From contig CAXNJO010000008.1 of NCBI GenBank assembly GCA_964202905.1, positions 96,001 through 160,000 on the forward strand: 64,000 nucleotides of DNA, in the 5' to 3' direction. The notes under the pieces were generated by a model. It was not told the origin of the DNA. It saw only the letters and a program-made list of their open reading frames with translations, and did not search any database. The translations under genes and the position numbers were made by a program. The DNA comes from Polyangiales bacterium (lineage in GTDB: Bacteria > Myxococcota_A > Polyangia > Polyangiales > JADJQN01). How positions within the stretch are numbered: position 1 is the stretch's first letter; each line of letters opens with the position of its first letter. Positions 1 to 9,293 of this stretch are shown one piece after another.

Positions 1-432
1 ATGCGGCGCGGGCTGTTCGTGCTGCCGGACGGCGGACGGGGCGTGATGAACCACGTCTACGTCGACGACCTCGTCGACGCGGGGCTCGCGGCGGTCGCGC
101 GCGAGGTCGGCGGCGTCCCGCTCAACGTCACCGACGGCGACGACACGAGCTTCGCCGCGTATTTCGGGCGTCTCGGCGCGCCGCTCGGGCAGGCGCGCAT
201 CCGCACGCTCCCGGCGGGCCTGCTCCGCGCGGCGTTCACCGCGCTCGATCGCGGCGCGCGCGTCGCGGGGCTGCGTGCCCCGGTGAGCCCCGCGGCGGTC
301 GACTTCGTCGCACGCCCGCACCGGGTGTCGAACGCGCGCGTGCGGCGTGTGCTCGGGTGGGCGCCGCGCGTGCCGCTCGCCGAGGGGCTGCGGCGCACGC
401 ACGCGTGGCTCCGCGCCGAGCGTCTGATGTGA
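1..432 (+). CDS. NAD-dependent epimerase/dehydratase (extended SDR), C-terminal part, probably 5'-truncated by the window edge
   Basis: HVYVDDL motif and C-terminal 'RRVLGWAPRVPLAEGLRRT' typical of extended SDRs. Confidence 0.8.
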   Translation: MRRGLFVLPDGGRGVMNHVYVDDLVDAGLAAVAREVGGVPLNVTDGDDTSFAAYFGRLGAPLGQARIRTLPAGLLRAAFTALDRGARVAGLRAPVSPAAVDFVARPHRVSNARVRRVLGWAPRVPLAEGLRRTHAWLRAERLM

Positions 433-549
433 CGGCGGCGTGCCTGCCGCGCGGCGGGCACGCAGCGTTTGCGGCTTCCGGCGGGCGCGTCGCGAGATGG
501 GCACGCGACCGCGAACGCGTCGACACACGGGGCTCGGAGGCTGCGTCGC

Positions 550-1749
550 ATGTCGACCCCCGCTCTCGTGATGCTCGCCGCGTGCGCCATCAGCGTGGCG
601 CTCTACCTGACGCTCCTCGCGTCCTTCACCGTCGGCCTCGTGCGCGGGCGTCTGCGTCTGCGTGCGCAGCGCGCTGCGCCGCGCGTGACCCCACGCGTCT
701 CCGTGCTCAAGCCCCTCGCCGGCTGCGAGGACGAACTCGCCGAGAACCTCCGCAGCTTCGCCGCGCTCGACTGGCCCGACCACGAGCTGCTCCTCGGGGT
801 CGCGTCGCTCGCCGACGCCGCCGTCCCCGTCGCGCGCGCGTTCATCGCGGCGCATCCCCAGGTCGCTGCGCGCCTCGTCCTCACGGACCCGGGCGCGGCG
901 CTCAACCCCAAGGTCGCGCAGCTCGTCCGGCTCGCCGAGGAGGCGCGTGGCGAGGTCGTCGTCGTCAGCGACGCGAACGTACGCGTGCCGCCGACCTACC
1001 TGCGCGATCTCGTCGGCGCGCTCGACGAGCCCGGTGTCGGGCTGGCCACGAGCGTCGTCGTCGGCTCGGGTGAGCGCACGCTCGGTGCGGCCCTCGAGAA
1101 CCTGCAGTGGCTCGCGCACGTCGCGCCGGGCGTCGTCGCCGGGGCCACGGTGACGGGGCGCCCGATCAGCATCGGCAAGTCGATGGCGATCCGAGCCGCG
1201 GACCTCGCGCGCGTCGGGGGCTTCGCGTCGGTGGGGGACGTCCTCGCGGAGGATCACGTGCTCGCGCAGCGCTTCGCACGCGCCGGCATCGGCGTGCGGC
1301 TGTCGCTCGCGCCGGTCGAGAACCGCAACGTCGACTGCACGCTGCGCCGCAGCGTCGAGCGCCACACGCGCTGGGGCCGGATGCGCCGCTTCATCGCGCC
1401 GCAGGGCTTCTTCCTCGAGCCGCTGCTCTCACCGATCGTGACGGCGTCGCTCGCCTGCCTCGTGTCTCCGTCGCGCGACGCCGCGTTCGCGCTGCTCGTC
1501 GCGCTCGTCGTGCAGGCCGTCGGCGCGTCGTACGCGGCGCTCCTGCTCCGCGGGCGCGTCCCGCTCTGGCTGCCGCCGCTCGAGGTCGCGCGCGCCTACG
1601 TGCTCTTCGGCGCGTGGCTCGGCGCCGTCGCGAGCCGCCGCATCGCGTGGCGCGGCCACCCCTTCGAGCTCCGCGCGGGAACGCGGCTCGTCCCCGCCGG
1701 TCCCTCGTTGCGCGCCCGCCTGCGCGATCGTCGGCGTGTCGCCGGCTGA
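550..1749 (+). CDS. GT21/GT2 glycosyltransferase, ceramide glucosyltransferase / HpnI-like
   Basis: N-terminal TM helix; KPLAG, NPKV, SDANV, GKSM, AEDH and RHTRW (Q/RxxRW) motifs; C-terminal TM segments; start placed at ATG 550. Confidence 0.8.
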   Translation: MSTPALVMLAACAISVALYLTLLASFTVGLVRGRLRLRAQRAAPRVTPRVSVLKPLAGCEDELAENLRSFAALDWPDHELLLGVASLADAAVPVARAFIAAHPQVAARLVLTDPGAALNPKVAQLVRLAEEARGEVVVVSDANVRVPPTYLRDLVGALDEPGVGLATSVVVGSGERTLGAALENLQWLAHVAPGVVAGATVTGRPISIGKSMAIRAADLARVGGFASVGDVLAEDHVLAQRFARAGIGVRLSLAPVENRNVDCTLRRSVERHTRWGRMRRFIAPQGFFLEPLLSPIVTASLACLVSPSRDAAFALLVALVVQAVGASYAALLLRGRVPLWLPPLEVARAYVLFGAWLGAVASRRIAWRGHPFELRAGTRLVPAGPSLRARLRDRRRVAG

Positions 1750-1891
1750 GCCCCGCGTCGCGTCGCCGACCGAGCCGGACTCCGCTGCGCATCCCGTGTC
1801 CCCGGCGTGCGGCCGCGGCGGGCGCGCTGTCACGCGAGGGACACGCAGCCGCCGTCGCGATGTAACCTCGCGCGTCGAAGGTACCCGCCCC

Positions 1892-3229
1892 GTGACCCAC
1901 CTCGTCCCCGCCGCCTTCCGCCACCCGCGCTCGCCCCTGTTGCGCGCGCTCGCCGCCGTCGGTGTCCTCGCCGCGTGGCTCGCGGGCGCGTCCGTCGCGC
2001 CCACCGCCGCGCGCGCCGATCTCCGCCTCTGGGAGGAGAACGAGGACGACCTCTGGCACCACCGTTGGTTTGCGGTGACGGGCTTCGCGCAGCCCGGCTT
2101 CATCGTCCGCCAGAACGATCCGCAGAACGCGATCTCCGACGACCATTTCTGGCTTCAGCGCGCGCGCTTCGGCTTCCGCACGCAGCTCCATCGCTTCCTG
2201 CAGATGCGCTTCGAGCTCGAGGGCATGCCGAGCCCGAACCTCACCGACGTCTACGTCGACCTGCCGCTGCACCCCGCGTTCTCCGTGCGGATGGGCCAGT
2301 TTCTGTTGCCGTTCCTGCGCACCTATCAGATCAACGAAGCGAACCAGGCGTTCATCGATCGCCTCGTCTACACGCCGCAGCAACCCGATCGCTTCGCGCT
2401 CCGCTACCTCAACCCGCGCGACGTCGGCCTGATGTTCACCGGCATCCTCGGCAACAGCGATCCCGAGGTGACGTCGCCTGGACTGCAGTACTGGGTGGGT
2501 GCCTTCCTCGGTCGCGGCGCGAACCAGATCGTCAACGACGACAGCGCATTCCTCTACTCCGCCCGCGTGAACCTCCACGTCCTCGGCCCCCCGAAGGGCG
2601 CGGATCAAGAGAGCGATCTTTCCCGCAACACGCGGCCGCACGTCGCCGCGGGCGGCGGCGTCTACACGAACTGCGACGACCGCGGGAACTACAACCGCGG
2701 CCTCACCTTCGACACCGAGCTGCGCTACCGCGGCCTCTACGCCTACGCGAGCTTCGTCCGCTTCTACAACGGCGCGGTCCGCAACGACGCCCTCGGCCGC
2801 GCGCTCGGCTACGACACGGGCTGCGGCGGCGGGATCGCCGGCGCCTCCGACCACATCGCGTGGGGCGCGAGCGTGCAGGCGCAGTACGTGCTGCCGCCCG
2901 CGCTCTTCCCGGTGTCCGGGCAGGCGCTCGAGGTGCTCGCACGCTTCGACGCGGTCGCCCCCGTGAACCCCGCGGACGGTTCCTTCCTCGGAGGCGGGAC
3001 GACCTCGCTCGGCTACGCGCCGCCACCCGACTACCGCGACGCGGACAACCCTCCTACGCGCTGGCGTCTCACCTTCGGGCTCAACTGGTTCCCGACGAAC
3101 GAGCAGCTCATCCGCCTCTCGGCGAATTACCAGCTCAACCGCGAGGTCGAGAACGCGGTCATCGCGGGGCGCGAGTTCGTGGGCGTCAAGAACGACACGC
3201 TCTGGCTGCAGGGCACCGTCGGCTTCTGA
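1892..3229 (+). CDS. Outer-membrane beta-barrel porin, phosphate-selective OprO/OprP-like
   Basis: Signal peptide ending ARA; 'FWLQRARFG', 'LTDVYVD', 'RMGQFLLPF', 'RDVGLM'; amphipathic strands; C-terminal Phe; start uncertain. Confidence 0.7.
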   Translation: MTHLVPAAFRHPRSPLLRALAAVGVLAAWLAGASVAPTAARADLRLWEENEDDLWHHRWFAVTGFAQPGFIVRQNDPQNAISDDHFWLQRARFGFRTQLHRFLQMRFELEGMPSPNLTDVYVDLPLHPAFSVRMGQFLLPFLRTYQINEANQAFIDRLVYTPQQPDRFALRYLNPRDVGLMFTGILGNSDPEVTSPGLQYWVGAFLGRGANQIVNDDSAFLYSARVNLHVLGPPKGADQESDLSRNTRPHVAAGGGVYTNCDDRGNYNRGLTFDTELRYRGLYAYASFVRFYNGAVRNDALGRALGYDTGCGGGIAGASDHIAWGASVQAQYVLPPALFPVSGQALEVLARFDAVAPVNPADGSFLGGGTTSLGYAPPPDYRDADNPPTRWRLTFGLNWFPTNEQLIRLSANYQLNREVENAVIAGREFVGVKNDTLWLQGTVGF

Positions 3230-3349
3230 CCGAACTCGTCGTCGCGTCGCCGCGCGGTTCTCCGCCGCGCTGTGCATGCCCTGCACGACACGATGCTGTC
3301 ACCGTTCCACCGTTGCAGGAACGCCCGTTTTCTGGGACTTTCGAGTCCC

Positions 3350-4795
3350 ATGAAGCGCGCGCGTCTCCTCCTCGTCTGTGCCTCGCTCTCGCTCACCGCC
3401 TTCGCCTCCGGCTGCGAAGAGACGGGCGGCGCCGTCGATCCCGATGTCGACATGGGGCCCCCCGTCGACGGCTCGACCGCCGGCCAGCGGCAGCTGAGCT
3501 ACACGCCCGAGGGCTGCGGCTACGCCGTCTCGTCCCCGCGTGTCCCGGTCGCGAGCGTCGAGCGCCACGCCGCGACGATCGGCGCGACGCCCGCGCCCGA
3601 CCACATCCACACGAGCTTCACCGGCCCGACCACCAGCACCTTCGCGGTGAACTGGCGCACGCGGGGCGACGACACGCGCGCGGCGCAGGTCCTCTTCGGC
3701 ACGGACGAGGCCGCGGTCGCCGCAGCGGACGGCCCCGGCGCCGACGTGCGCGCGCAGGACGGCCACTCGTTCTCCTACGACCGCGCCGGCGGCTTCCGCA
3801 TCCACGAGGCGCACGTCTGCGGCCTCGAGCCGTCGACCCGCTACTTCTACAAGGTCGGCGGCGCGGGCGCGTGGAGCGCCGTGTTCGACGTCTCGACGAG
3901 CCCGACCGTCGGCACGGCCGAGGTCTGGCGTTTCGCCGTCACCGGCGACTCGCGCAACGAGCCGGCGATCTTCGCGGAGACGCAGGCGCGCGTGCAGGAG
4001 GCCGGCGTCGACCTGCAGGTGTTCAGCGGCGACGCGGTCGTGCTCGGGCCGAACCAGGGCGAATGGGACGCCTTCTTCGAGGCGACCGCGGGCGGCGTCT
4101 CCGTGCAGGACGTGCTCGCGCGCATCCCGTTCATGATCGCGAACGGCAACCACGACGGCCTCGCGACCAACTACCTCGCGCAGTTCGCGCTCCCGCAGCA
4201 GGTGACCGACGGCGAGCGCGGGGAGGGCGAGGAGTGGTACTCGTTCGACTACGGAAACGCGCACTTCGTCGTCCTCAACGACACCTCGACGACCGAGCTC
4301 ATCAACACCGTCGAGCGTGCGTGGCTCCGCGCCGACCTGATGGCCGTCGATCGCACGGTGACGCCGTGGGTCTTCGCGGTGCACCACAAGCCCATGTACA
4401 CGTCGGCGACGGCGCACGATCCGGACGTCTCGCTCCGCGCCTCGTGGCAGCCCCTCTACGACGAGTTCGGCGTCGACTTCGTCTTCAACGGCCACAACCA
4501 CAACTACGAGCGCAGCCTCCCGATCCGCGGCTTCGCCTCCGGCACGAGCGAGGGGCAGGTGCAGCCCGCGGGCGTGAACGGCATCCCGCAGGCGGCGAAC
4601 GGCACGGTGTACGTCGTCGCGGCGGGCGCGGGCGCGCCGCTCTACGGCGTCGACGCCGCCTCGACCGGCTACACGGTGCTCGCCGAGTCGACGCGCAACT
4701 ACGTCGTCGTCGAGCTCGAGGGCAAGACGATGCGCTACAAGGCGTCCCGGCTCGACGGGACGGCGCTCGACGTGTTCGAGTACACGCGCCCCTGA
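3350..4795 (+). CDS. Lipoprotein metallophosphoesterase with purple-acid-phosphatase-type N-terminal FN3-like domain
   Basis: Lipobox FASGC; 'HEAHVCGLEPSTRYFYKVG'; GDS, GD, GNHD, HHKP and GHNHNYER calcineurin-like motifs. Confidence 0.85.
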   Translation: MKRARLLLVCASLSLTAFASGCEETGGAVDPDVDMGPPVDGSTAGQRQLSYTPEGCGYAVSSPRVPVASVERHAATIGATPAPDHIHTSFTGPTTSTFAVNWRTRGDDTRAAQVLFGTDEAAVAAADGPGADVRAQDGHSFSYDRAGGFRIHEAHVCGLEPSTRYFYKVGGAGAWSAVFDVSTSPTVGTAEVWRFAVTGDSRNEPAIFAETQARVQEAGVDLQVFSGDAVVLGPNQGEWDAFFEATAGGVSVQDVLARIPFMIANGNHDGLATNYLAQFALPQQVTDGERGEGEEWYSFDYGNAHFVVLNDTSTTELINTVERAWLRADLMAVDRTVTPWVFAVHHKPMYTSATAHDPDVSLRASWQPLYDEFGVDFVFNGHNHNYERSLPIRGFASGTSEGQVQPAGVNGIPQAANGTVYVVAAGAGAPLYGVDAASTGYTVLAESTRNYVVVELEGKTMRYKASRLDGTALDVFEYTRP

Positions 4796-5919
4796 GCCGA
4801 GGCTCCGCCCTGCGCTCCCGCGCCCTCATCGCGCCGCTTCTCATCGCCCTCGCCCTCGCCCCCGCGCGCACCGCCGCGCAGGAGGGGGGCGCAGCGTCGG
4901 TGCCCGCGCGCGCTGCGCTTCCTCCGCCGGTTGAGGCGCCCGCGCCACCCCTGGCGCCAAGGGCGGCGCCGCTGAATGACGGTTCAGTCACGCCCGGCTC
5001 GGACCGCCTCGCGCAGGCGGCGCTCGTGCGCGAGGCGGATCGCGCGGAGTCGGAGGCGCGCCCGGCGGACGCGCTCGCGCTCTGGCGGCGTGCTCTCGTG
5101 AGCGCGCCCACCTCGCGCGTCGCGGGGCGCTGCGAGCGGCGCATCGCGTACCTCTCGGCGCACGGGGAGGGCGGGTTTGCGCCCCTCGCGGACCTCCTCC
5201 GCATGCGCCAGCTCGTGACCTCCGAGCTCAGCGCGGCGCGGCTCGAGGCCTACGCGCGGCGCCTCGAAGGCTATCCGCGCGGCCTCGCCCGCCGCGAGGG
5301 GCGCGAGCTCGTCGCGGACGCCTGGCTCGGGCGGCTCGGCGACCCGACCCGCGCGCGCCGAGCCTACGAGCGCTGGCTCGCGGAGCCGGGCATCGACGAC
5401 GCCGAGCGCCGCCTCGCCGCGTCGGGCCTCGCGCGCGCGCTCACGCTGCTCGGCGATCCGTCGGCGGCGCTCGCCGCGATGGAGCAGGCCGGCCTCGGCG
5501 CGTCGAGCGACGCGGACGATCTGCGCGTCGCCGTGCGGCGGCGCGTGCTGCGCGTGATCGCGGTCGCGCTCCTCGCGCTCTTCGCCCTCGGTGGCGCGGC
5601 GCTCGGCGGGCACCGCGGGCTTCGGCCTGCGGCGCTGCGGCGTGCATTCACGGGGCCGCGCGTCGTCGCCGCGGCGTGGGTGCTCGGGGGGCCGTTGCTG
5701 CTCGCCTCGCTGTTCGATCACGCGGCCACCGACACGTTCGTGACGCTCGCGCTCGCGGGGTCCGCGCTCCTCGCGGTCGCGTCGATCTTCGGCGTGGGTC
5801 TCGAGGGCGCGCCGATCGGGCGGCGTCGTGCGGTCGCGGCGGGGGCCTTCGCCGCGGCGCTCGGGGCGGGTTTTCTCGTGCTCGACCGCGCGGGCTTTCT
5901 CTTGAGCCTCGGCCTGTGA
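4792..5919 (+). CDS. Hypothetical exported/membrane protein with TPR-like helical region and 4 C-terminal TM helices
   Basis: 3' part of the 1807..5919 ORF reads as a real protein (signal peptide LIAPLLIALALAPARTAAQ); only CTG starts (4792/4810) are available, so the start is uncertain. Confidence 0.55.
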   Translation: MSRGSALRSRALIAPLLIALALAPARTAAQEGGAASVPARAALPPPVEAPAPPLAPRAAPLNDGSVTPGSDRLAQAALVREADRAESEARPADALALWRRALVSAPTSRVAGRCERRIAYLSAHGEGGFAPLADLLRMRQLVTSELSAARLEAYARRLEGYPRGLARREGRELVADAWLGRLGDPTRARRAYERWLAEPGIDDAERRLAASGLARALTLLGDPSAALAAMEQAGLGASSDADDLRVAVRRRVLRVIAVALLALFALGGAALGGHRGLRPAALRRAFTGPRVVAAAWVLGGPLLLASLFDHAATDTFVTLALAGSALLAVASIFGVGLEGAPIGRRRAVAAGAFAAALGAGFLVLDRAGFLLSLGL

Positions 5920-6263
5920 CGCGTCCCGCCCCGCGCCCCGCCGACGTGAGGCGCACCGCGCTCGCCCTCGCGGCGCTCGTCTTCGGCGTCGTGTCGCCGC
6001 TCGCGTACGCGGCGCAGCGCGTGTTCGAGCGGGCGCGCGGCGGTCCGGGCGATCCGCTACTCGTCGTCTTCGATCTGCACACCTCGTTCTACTGGCGCGC
6101 CTCGACCGCCGCGTGGTGGGGCGGACTCGCGGCGATCCTCGCGGGCGCGCTCGTCGCGCAGCCGCGCGCGCAGCGGGGCCGCGACGCGCTCGCGCGTGCC
6201 GTCGCGCTCGTGGCGCTGCCGCTCGCGCTCGCGATCGCCGTCGCCATGTGGAGGCTGCCGTGA
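5916..6263 (+). CDS. Small membrane protein (about 3 TM)
   Basis: GTGA overlaps with both neighbours; hydrophobic segments. Confidence 0.6.
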   Translation: MTRPAPRPADVRRTALALAALVFGVVSPLAYAAQRVFERARGGPGDPLLVVFDLHTSFYWRASTAAWWGGLAAILAGALVAQPRAQRGRDALARAVALVALPLALAIAVAMWRLP

Positions 6264-6694
6264 TCTGGCGTGTGCTCGAGGCCGTGCACGGGCACCTCGG
6301 CGTGCTCGCGGCGGCGGCGCTGCTCCACCCCGCGATCCTCCTGCGGCGCGGGCTCCCGCTCACGCGCGGGGGGCGCTGGTCGGTGGGTCTCACGACGCTC
6401 GTGACCGCGCTCGCCTTCGGGCTCGGCGTCGGGATCTACGAGCAGTACCGCGCGACGGTGAAGCGCGGCGTCTTCCTCGAGAGCCGCGCGGTCGGCTTCC
6501 TGTTCGAGACCAAGGAGCACCTCGGCTTCACGGTCGTCGCGCTCGCGCTCGGCGCGGGCGTCGCGGCGCTCCTCGCCCCACCGGGCGCCGTGGCCGTGCG
6601 GCGCGCGTGTGCCGCGGCCTACCTGGCGGCCGCGCTCGTCTGCGCGGTGGTCGTCGCGCTCGGCACGCTCGTCGCCTCGACGCACGGCTTCTAG
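6260..6694 (+). CDS. Membrane protein (about 4 TM) with His-containing motifs
   Basis: GTGA overlap; HGHLG...HP, FETKEHLG and terminal THGF. Confidence 0.65.
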   Translation: MIWRVLEAVHGHLGVLAAAALLHPAILLRRGLPLTRGGRWSVGLTTLVTALAFGLGVGIYEQYRATVKRGVFLESRAVGFLFETKEHLGFTVVALALGAGVAALLAPPGAVAVRRACAAAYLAAALVCAVVVALGTLVASTHGF

Positions 6695-7347
6695 CGCGGC
6701 GTCTCCGCGGCCAGCGTCGCGGCGCGCAGACCCGCGCGGACCTCCCCGAGCAGCGCGTCCGCGCGGCGCACGACCGCGGGCCGCACGGCGTCGAGCACGC
6801 CCGCGACCGCGTCGGTCGACACCGTGCCGAGCGCGAGCCGTGGCCGGTGGGCGAGCGCGTCGCCGATGCGCGCGGCGACGAAGGCGGGATCGACGTAGCC
6901 GTACGGCACGCCCCAGCCGCGCAGCCGCGCGTGCAGCGCCCAGAAACGCGGGGCGTGCGTTGCGTCGTCGAAGCGCAGGTGCGCCTCCTCGAGCGCGGCG
7001 AGCGCCTCGACGTAGGCGCGCGCACCCGTGTCGCCGTCGACGAGCGTCCCGTCGAGGAGCAGCTCGATGCCGAGGTGCGCCGCCGCCCGTGACGCGCCGC
7101 CGCCGAGTCCCACAGCGGTGAGCTGCGCGCGCGCCTCGATCATCAGCGCGACGAAGGTCGGCGCCGCGTGGAACACCGCGTCCGTCGCGTGGTGCAGCGC
7201 GACGCCACGCGCGACCTCGGGGTCGGCCGCCACGACCGCGCGTGCCCCCGAGATCGCGGCGAAATCCGGCAACATCGCGCCGAACACGAAGCCGGGCGAG
7301 GCGTCCGGCGCCCAGGTCGCGACCGTCGCGTGGCCAAAGAAGTTCAC
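6691..7347 (-). CDS. ACP phosphodiesterase AcpH/DUF479-like HD-type protein
   Basis: MNFFGH start, GAMLPDF, GVALHHATDAVFH, HLGIELLLD. Confidence 0.7.
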   Translation of the reverse strand: MNFFGHATVATWAPDASPGFVFGAMLPDFAAISGARAVVAADPEVARGVALHHATDAVFHAAPTFVALMIEARAQLTAVGLGGGASRAAAHLGIELLLDGTLVDGDTGARAYVEALAALEEAHLRFDDATHAPRFWALHARLRGWGVPYGYVDPAFVAARIGDALAHRPRLALGTVSTDAVAGVLDAVRPAVVRRADALLGEVRAGLRAATLAAETPR

Positions 7348-7424
7348 CGCGCCACCGTAGCAGCGCGCGCGCCGCGCTTCCCGGTTGCGCGACGCGCGGC
7401 GATGGCCGACAACGGTCCCCCGCC

Positions 7425-9284
7425 ATGCGAATCGCTGCACGCACGTCGATCGCTCCGTGGGTCGGCTGTCTCGCCGCGCTCGCGGCCTGCGCGGGTGGCG
7501 TCTCCGCTTCGCACCCCGCGTCGCCCCGCGCCGCGACGGCGGGTGTCGGCGCGTCGTCCCCGCGGACCTCCGCCGCGCGCGCATCGACGCCCGCCCTACC
7601 GGAGACGCTGACCGTGAGCGTCGTCGGCACCAACGACGTGCACGGCCGCCTGGCCAGCCTGCCCGTGCTCGCGGGCTACCTCGCGAACCTCCGCGCGGCG
7701 CGGGCGGCGGATCACGGCGCGGTCGTCCTGCTCGACGGCGGCGACATGTTCCAGGGAACCCTCGAGTCCAACCTCAACGAGGGCGCCGCGATGATCGCGG
7801 GCTACGGCGCGCTCGGCTACACGGCCGTCACCGTCGGCAACCACGAGTTCGACTTCGGCCCCGAGGGGCCACGTTCCACGGCTCGCGAGGGCGAGGATCC
7901 ACGCGGTGCGCTCCGTGCGCGGGCACGAGAGGCGGGCTTCCCCCTGCTCACGGCGAACCTCGCGACGGTATCCGACGGCGCGCACGTCGACTGGCCGAAC
8001 ATGCCGACGTCCATCGTCGTCGAGCGCGCGGGCGTGCGCATCGGCATCCTCGGCGTGACCACCGAGGAGACGCCGCGCACCACGCTCGCCGCGAATTTCC
8101 GCGGGCTCGCCGTCGTCCCGCTCGCGGAGGCCGTCACGCGGGAGGCGGCGTCGCTGCGCGCTCGCGGCTGCGCGCTCGTTCTCCTCGCCGCGCACGCGGG
8201 CGGTCGCTGCCGGCGCTTCGATGATCCACGCGATACCACCTCCTGTGATGACGATCAGGAGATCGTGCGGCTCGCGCGTTCCCTTCCGGTCGGCACGCTC
8301 GACGCCGTCGTCGCGGGGCACACGCACGCTGCGATCGCCCACTTCGTGAACGGCATCCCCGTGCTCGAGTCGTACGCGAACGGCCGCGCGTTCGGGCGCG
8401 TCGATCTCGTGCTCGACCGCGCGACGGGGCGGCTGCGGGAGGCGCGGGTCCAGCCGCCGCACGCGCTCTGCGGCCTCTCGTCCGAGGCGCCCGCGTGTGC
8501 GGACGAGCGCTACGAGGGCGCGCCGGTGGTGCCGGACGCCTCGCTCGAGGCGCGGCTCGCGCCCGCGGTGCGCGCGGCCGCCGCGCAGCGAGAGCAGTCG
8601 CTCGGCGTCACCCTCGCGGCGCCCTTCGCGCGCTCCGGCAGCGCGGAATCCCCGCTCGGCAACCTCCTCGCCGACCTCCTCCGCGCGAGCGCGCCGGGCG
8701 GCGCCGACGTCGGCATGGTCAACGGTGGCGGCATCCGCACCGGGCTGCCCGCCGGCCCGCTCACCTACGGCGCGCTGTACGAGACCTTCCCCTTCGACAA
8801 TCGTTTCGCGGTGTTGCGGCTGCGCGGCGCCGATCTCCGGCGCGTGCTCGCGGCGAACCTGAGCGCGGGCGAGAGCCTGCTCTCCATCTCGGGCGTGCGC
8901 GTCGAGGCGCGCTGCCGGGGCGAGGTGGTCGATGTGCGCCTCTTCCGCGCAGCGGGGCGCGGCGAGCGTCCCGTGCGGGACGCCGAGGTGCTCCGCGTCG
9001 CGACGAGCGACTTCGTCGCGACCGGGGGCGACGCGCTGCTCGCTTCCCTTGTCGCGCCCGCCGACCTCACGCTCGCCGACGACGGTCCCACGATCCGCGA
9101 CGCGAGCGCAGAGGCCCTGCGGGCCCGCGGCGGCACGCTGCGCCCCGACGACCCCGCGCTCTTCGATCCCGCGCAGCCGCGCTGGCGCCACCCCGGCGCG
9201 CGCCCCGTCCGCTGTGCGACGTCGCCCGCCGTCGCCGCGCCCGCGCCCGCTGCCGCGCCTGCGAGCGTGCCGGCCGCGCGTTGA
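7425..9284 (+). CDS. Bifunctional 5'-nucleotidase / UDP-sugar hydrolase, lipoprotein
   Basis: Lipobox LAAC; NDVHG, DGGD, GNHEFD, GHTH; C-terminal domain with NGGGIR and PFDN. Confidence 0.9.
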   Translation: MRIAARTSIAPWVGCLAALAACAGGVSASHPASPRAATAGVGASSPRTSAARASTPALPETLTVSVVGTNDVHGRLASLPVLAGYLANLRAARAADHGAVVLLDGGDMFQGTLESNLNEGAAMIAGYGALGYTAVTVGNHEFDFGPEGPRSTAREGEDPRGALRARAREAGFPLLTANLATVSDGAHVDWPNMPTSIVVERAGVRIGILGVTTEETPRTTLAANFRGLAVVPLAEAVTREAASLRARGCALVLLAAHAGGRCRRFDDPRDTTSCDDDQEIVRLARSLPVGTLDAVVAGHTHAAIAHFVNGIPVLESYANGRAFGRVDLVLDRATGRLREARVQPPHALCGLSSEAPACADERYEGAPVVPDASLEARLAPAVRAAAAQREQSLGVTLAAPFARSGSAESPLGNLLADLLRASAPGGADVGMVNGGGIRTGLPAGPLTYGALYETFPFDNRFAVLRLRGADLRRVLAANLSAGESLLSISGVRVEARCRGEVVDVRLFRAAGRGERPVRDAEVLRVATSDFVATGGDALLASLVAPADLTLADDGPTIRDASAEALRARGGTLRPDDPALFDPAQPRWRHPGARPVRCATSPAVAAPAPAAAPASVPAAR

Positions 9285-9293
9285 CGGCGCCGC

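Noticed and set aside
1807..4791. N-terminal 1000 aa of the 1370-aa ORF
   Set aside because: Arg/Pro-rich shadow frame over the porin and phosphatase genes; only the 3' end looks real
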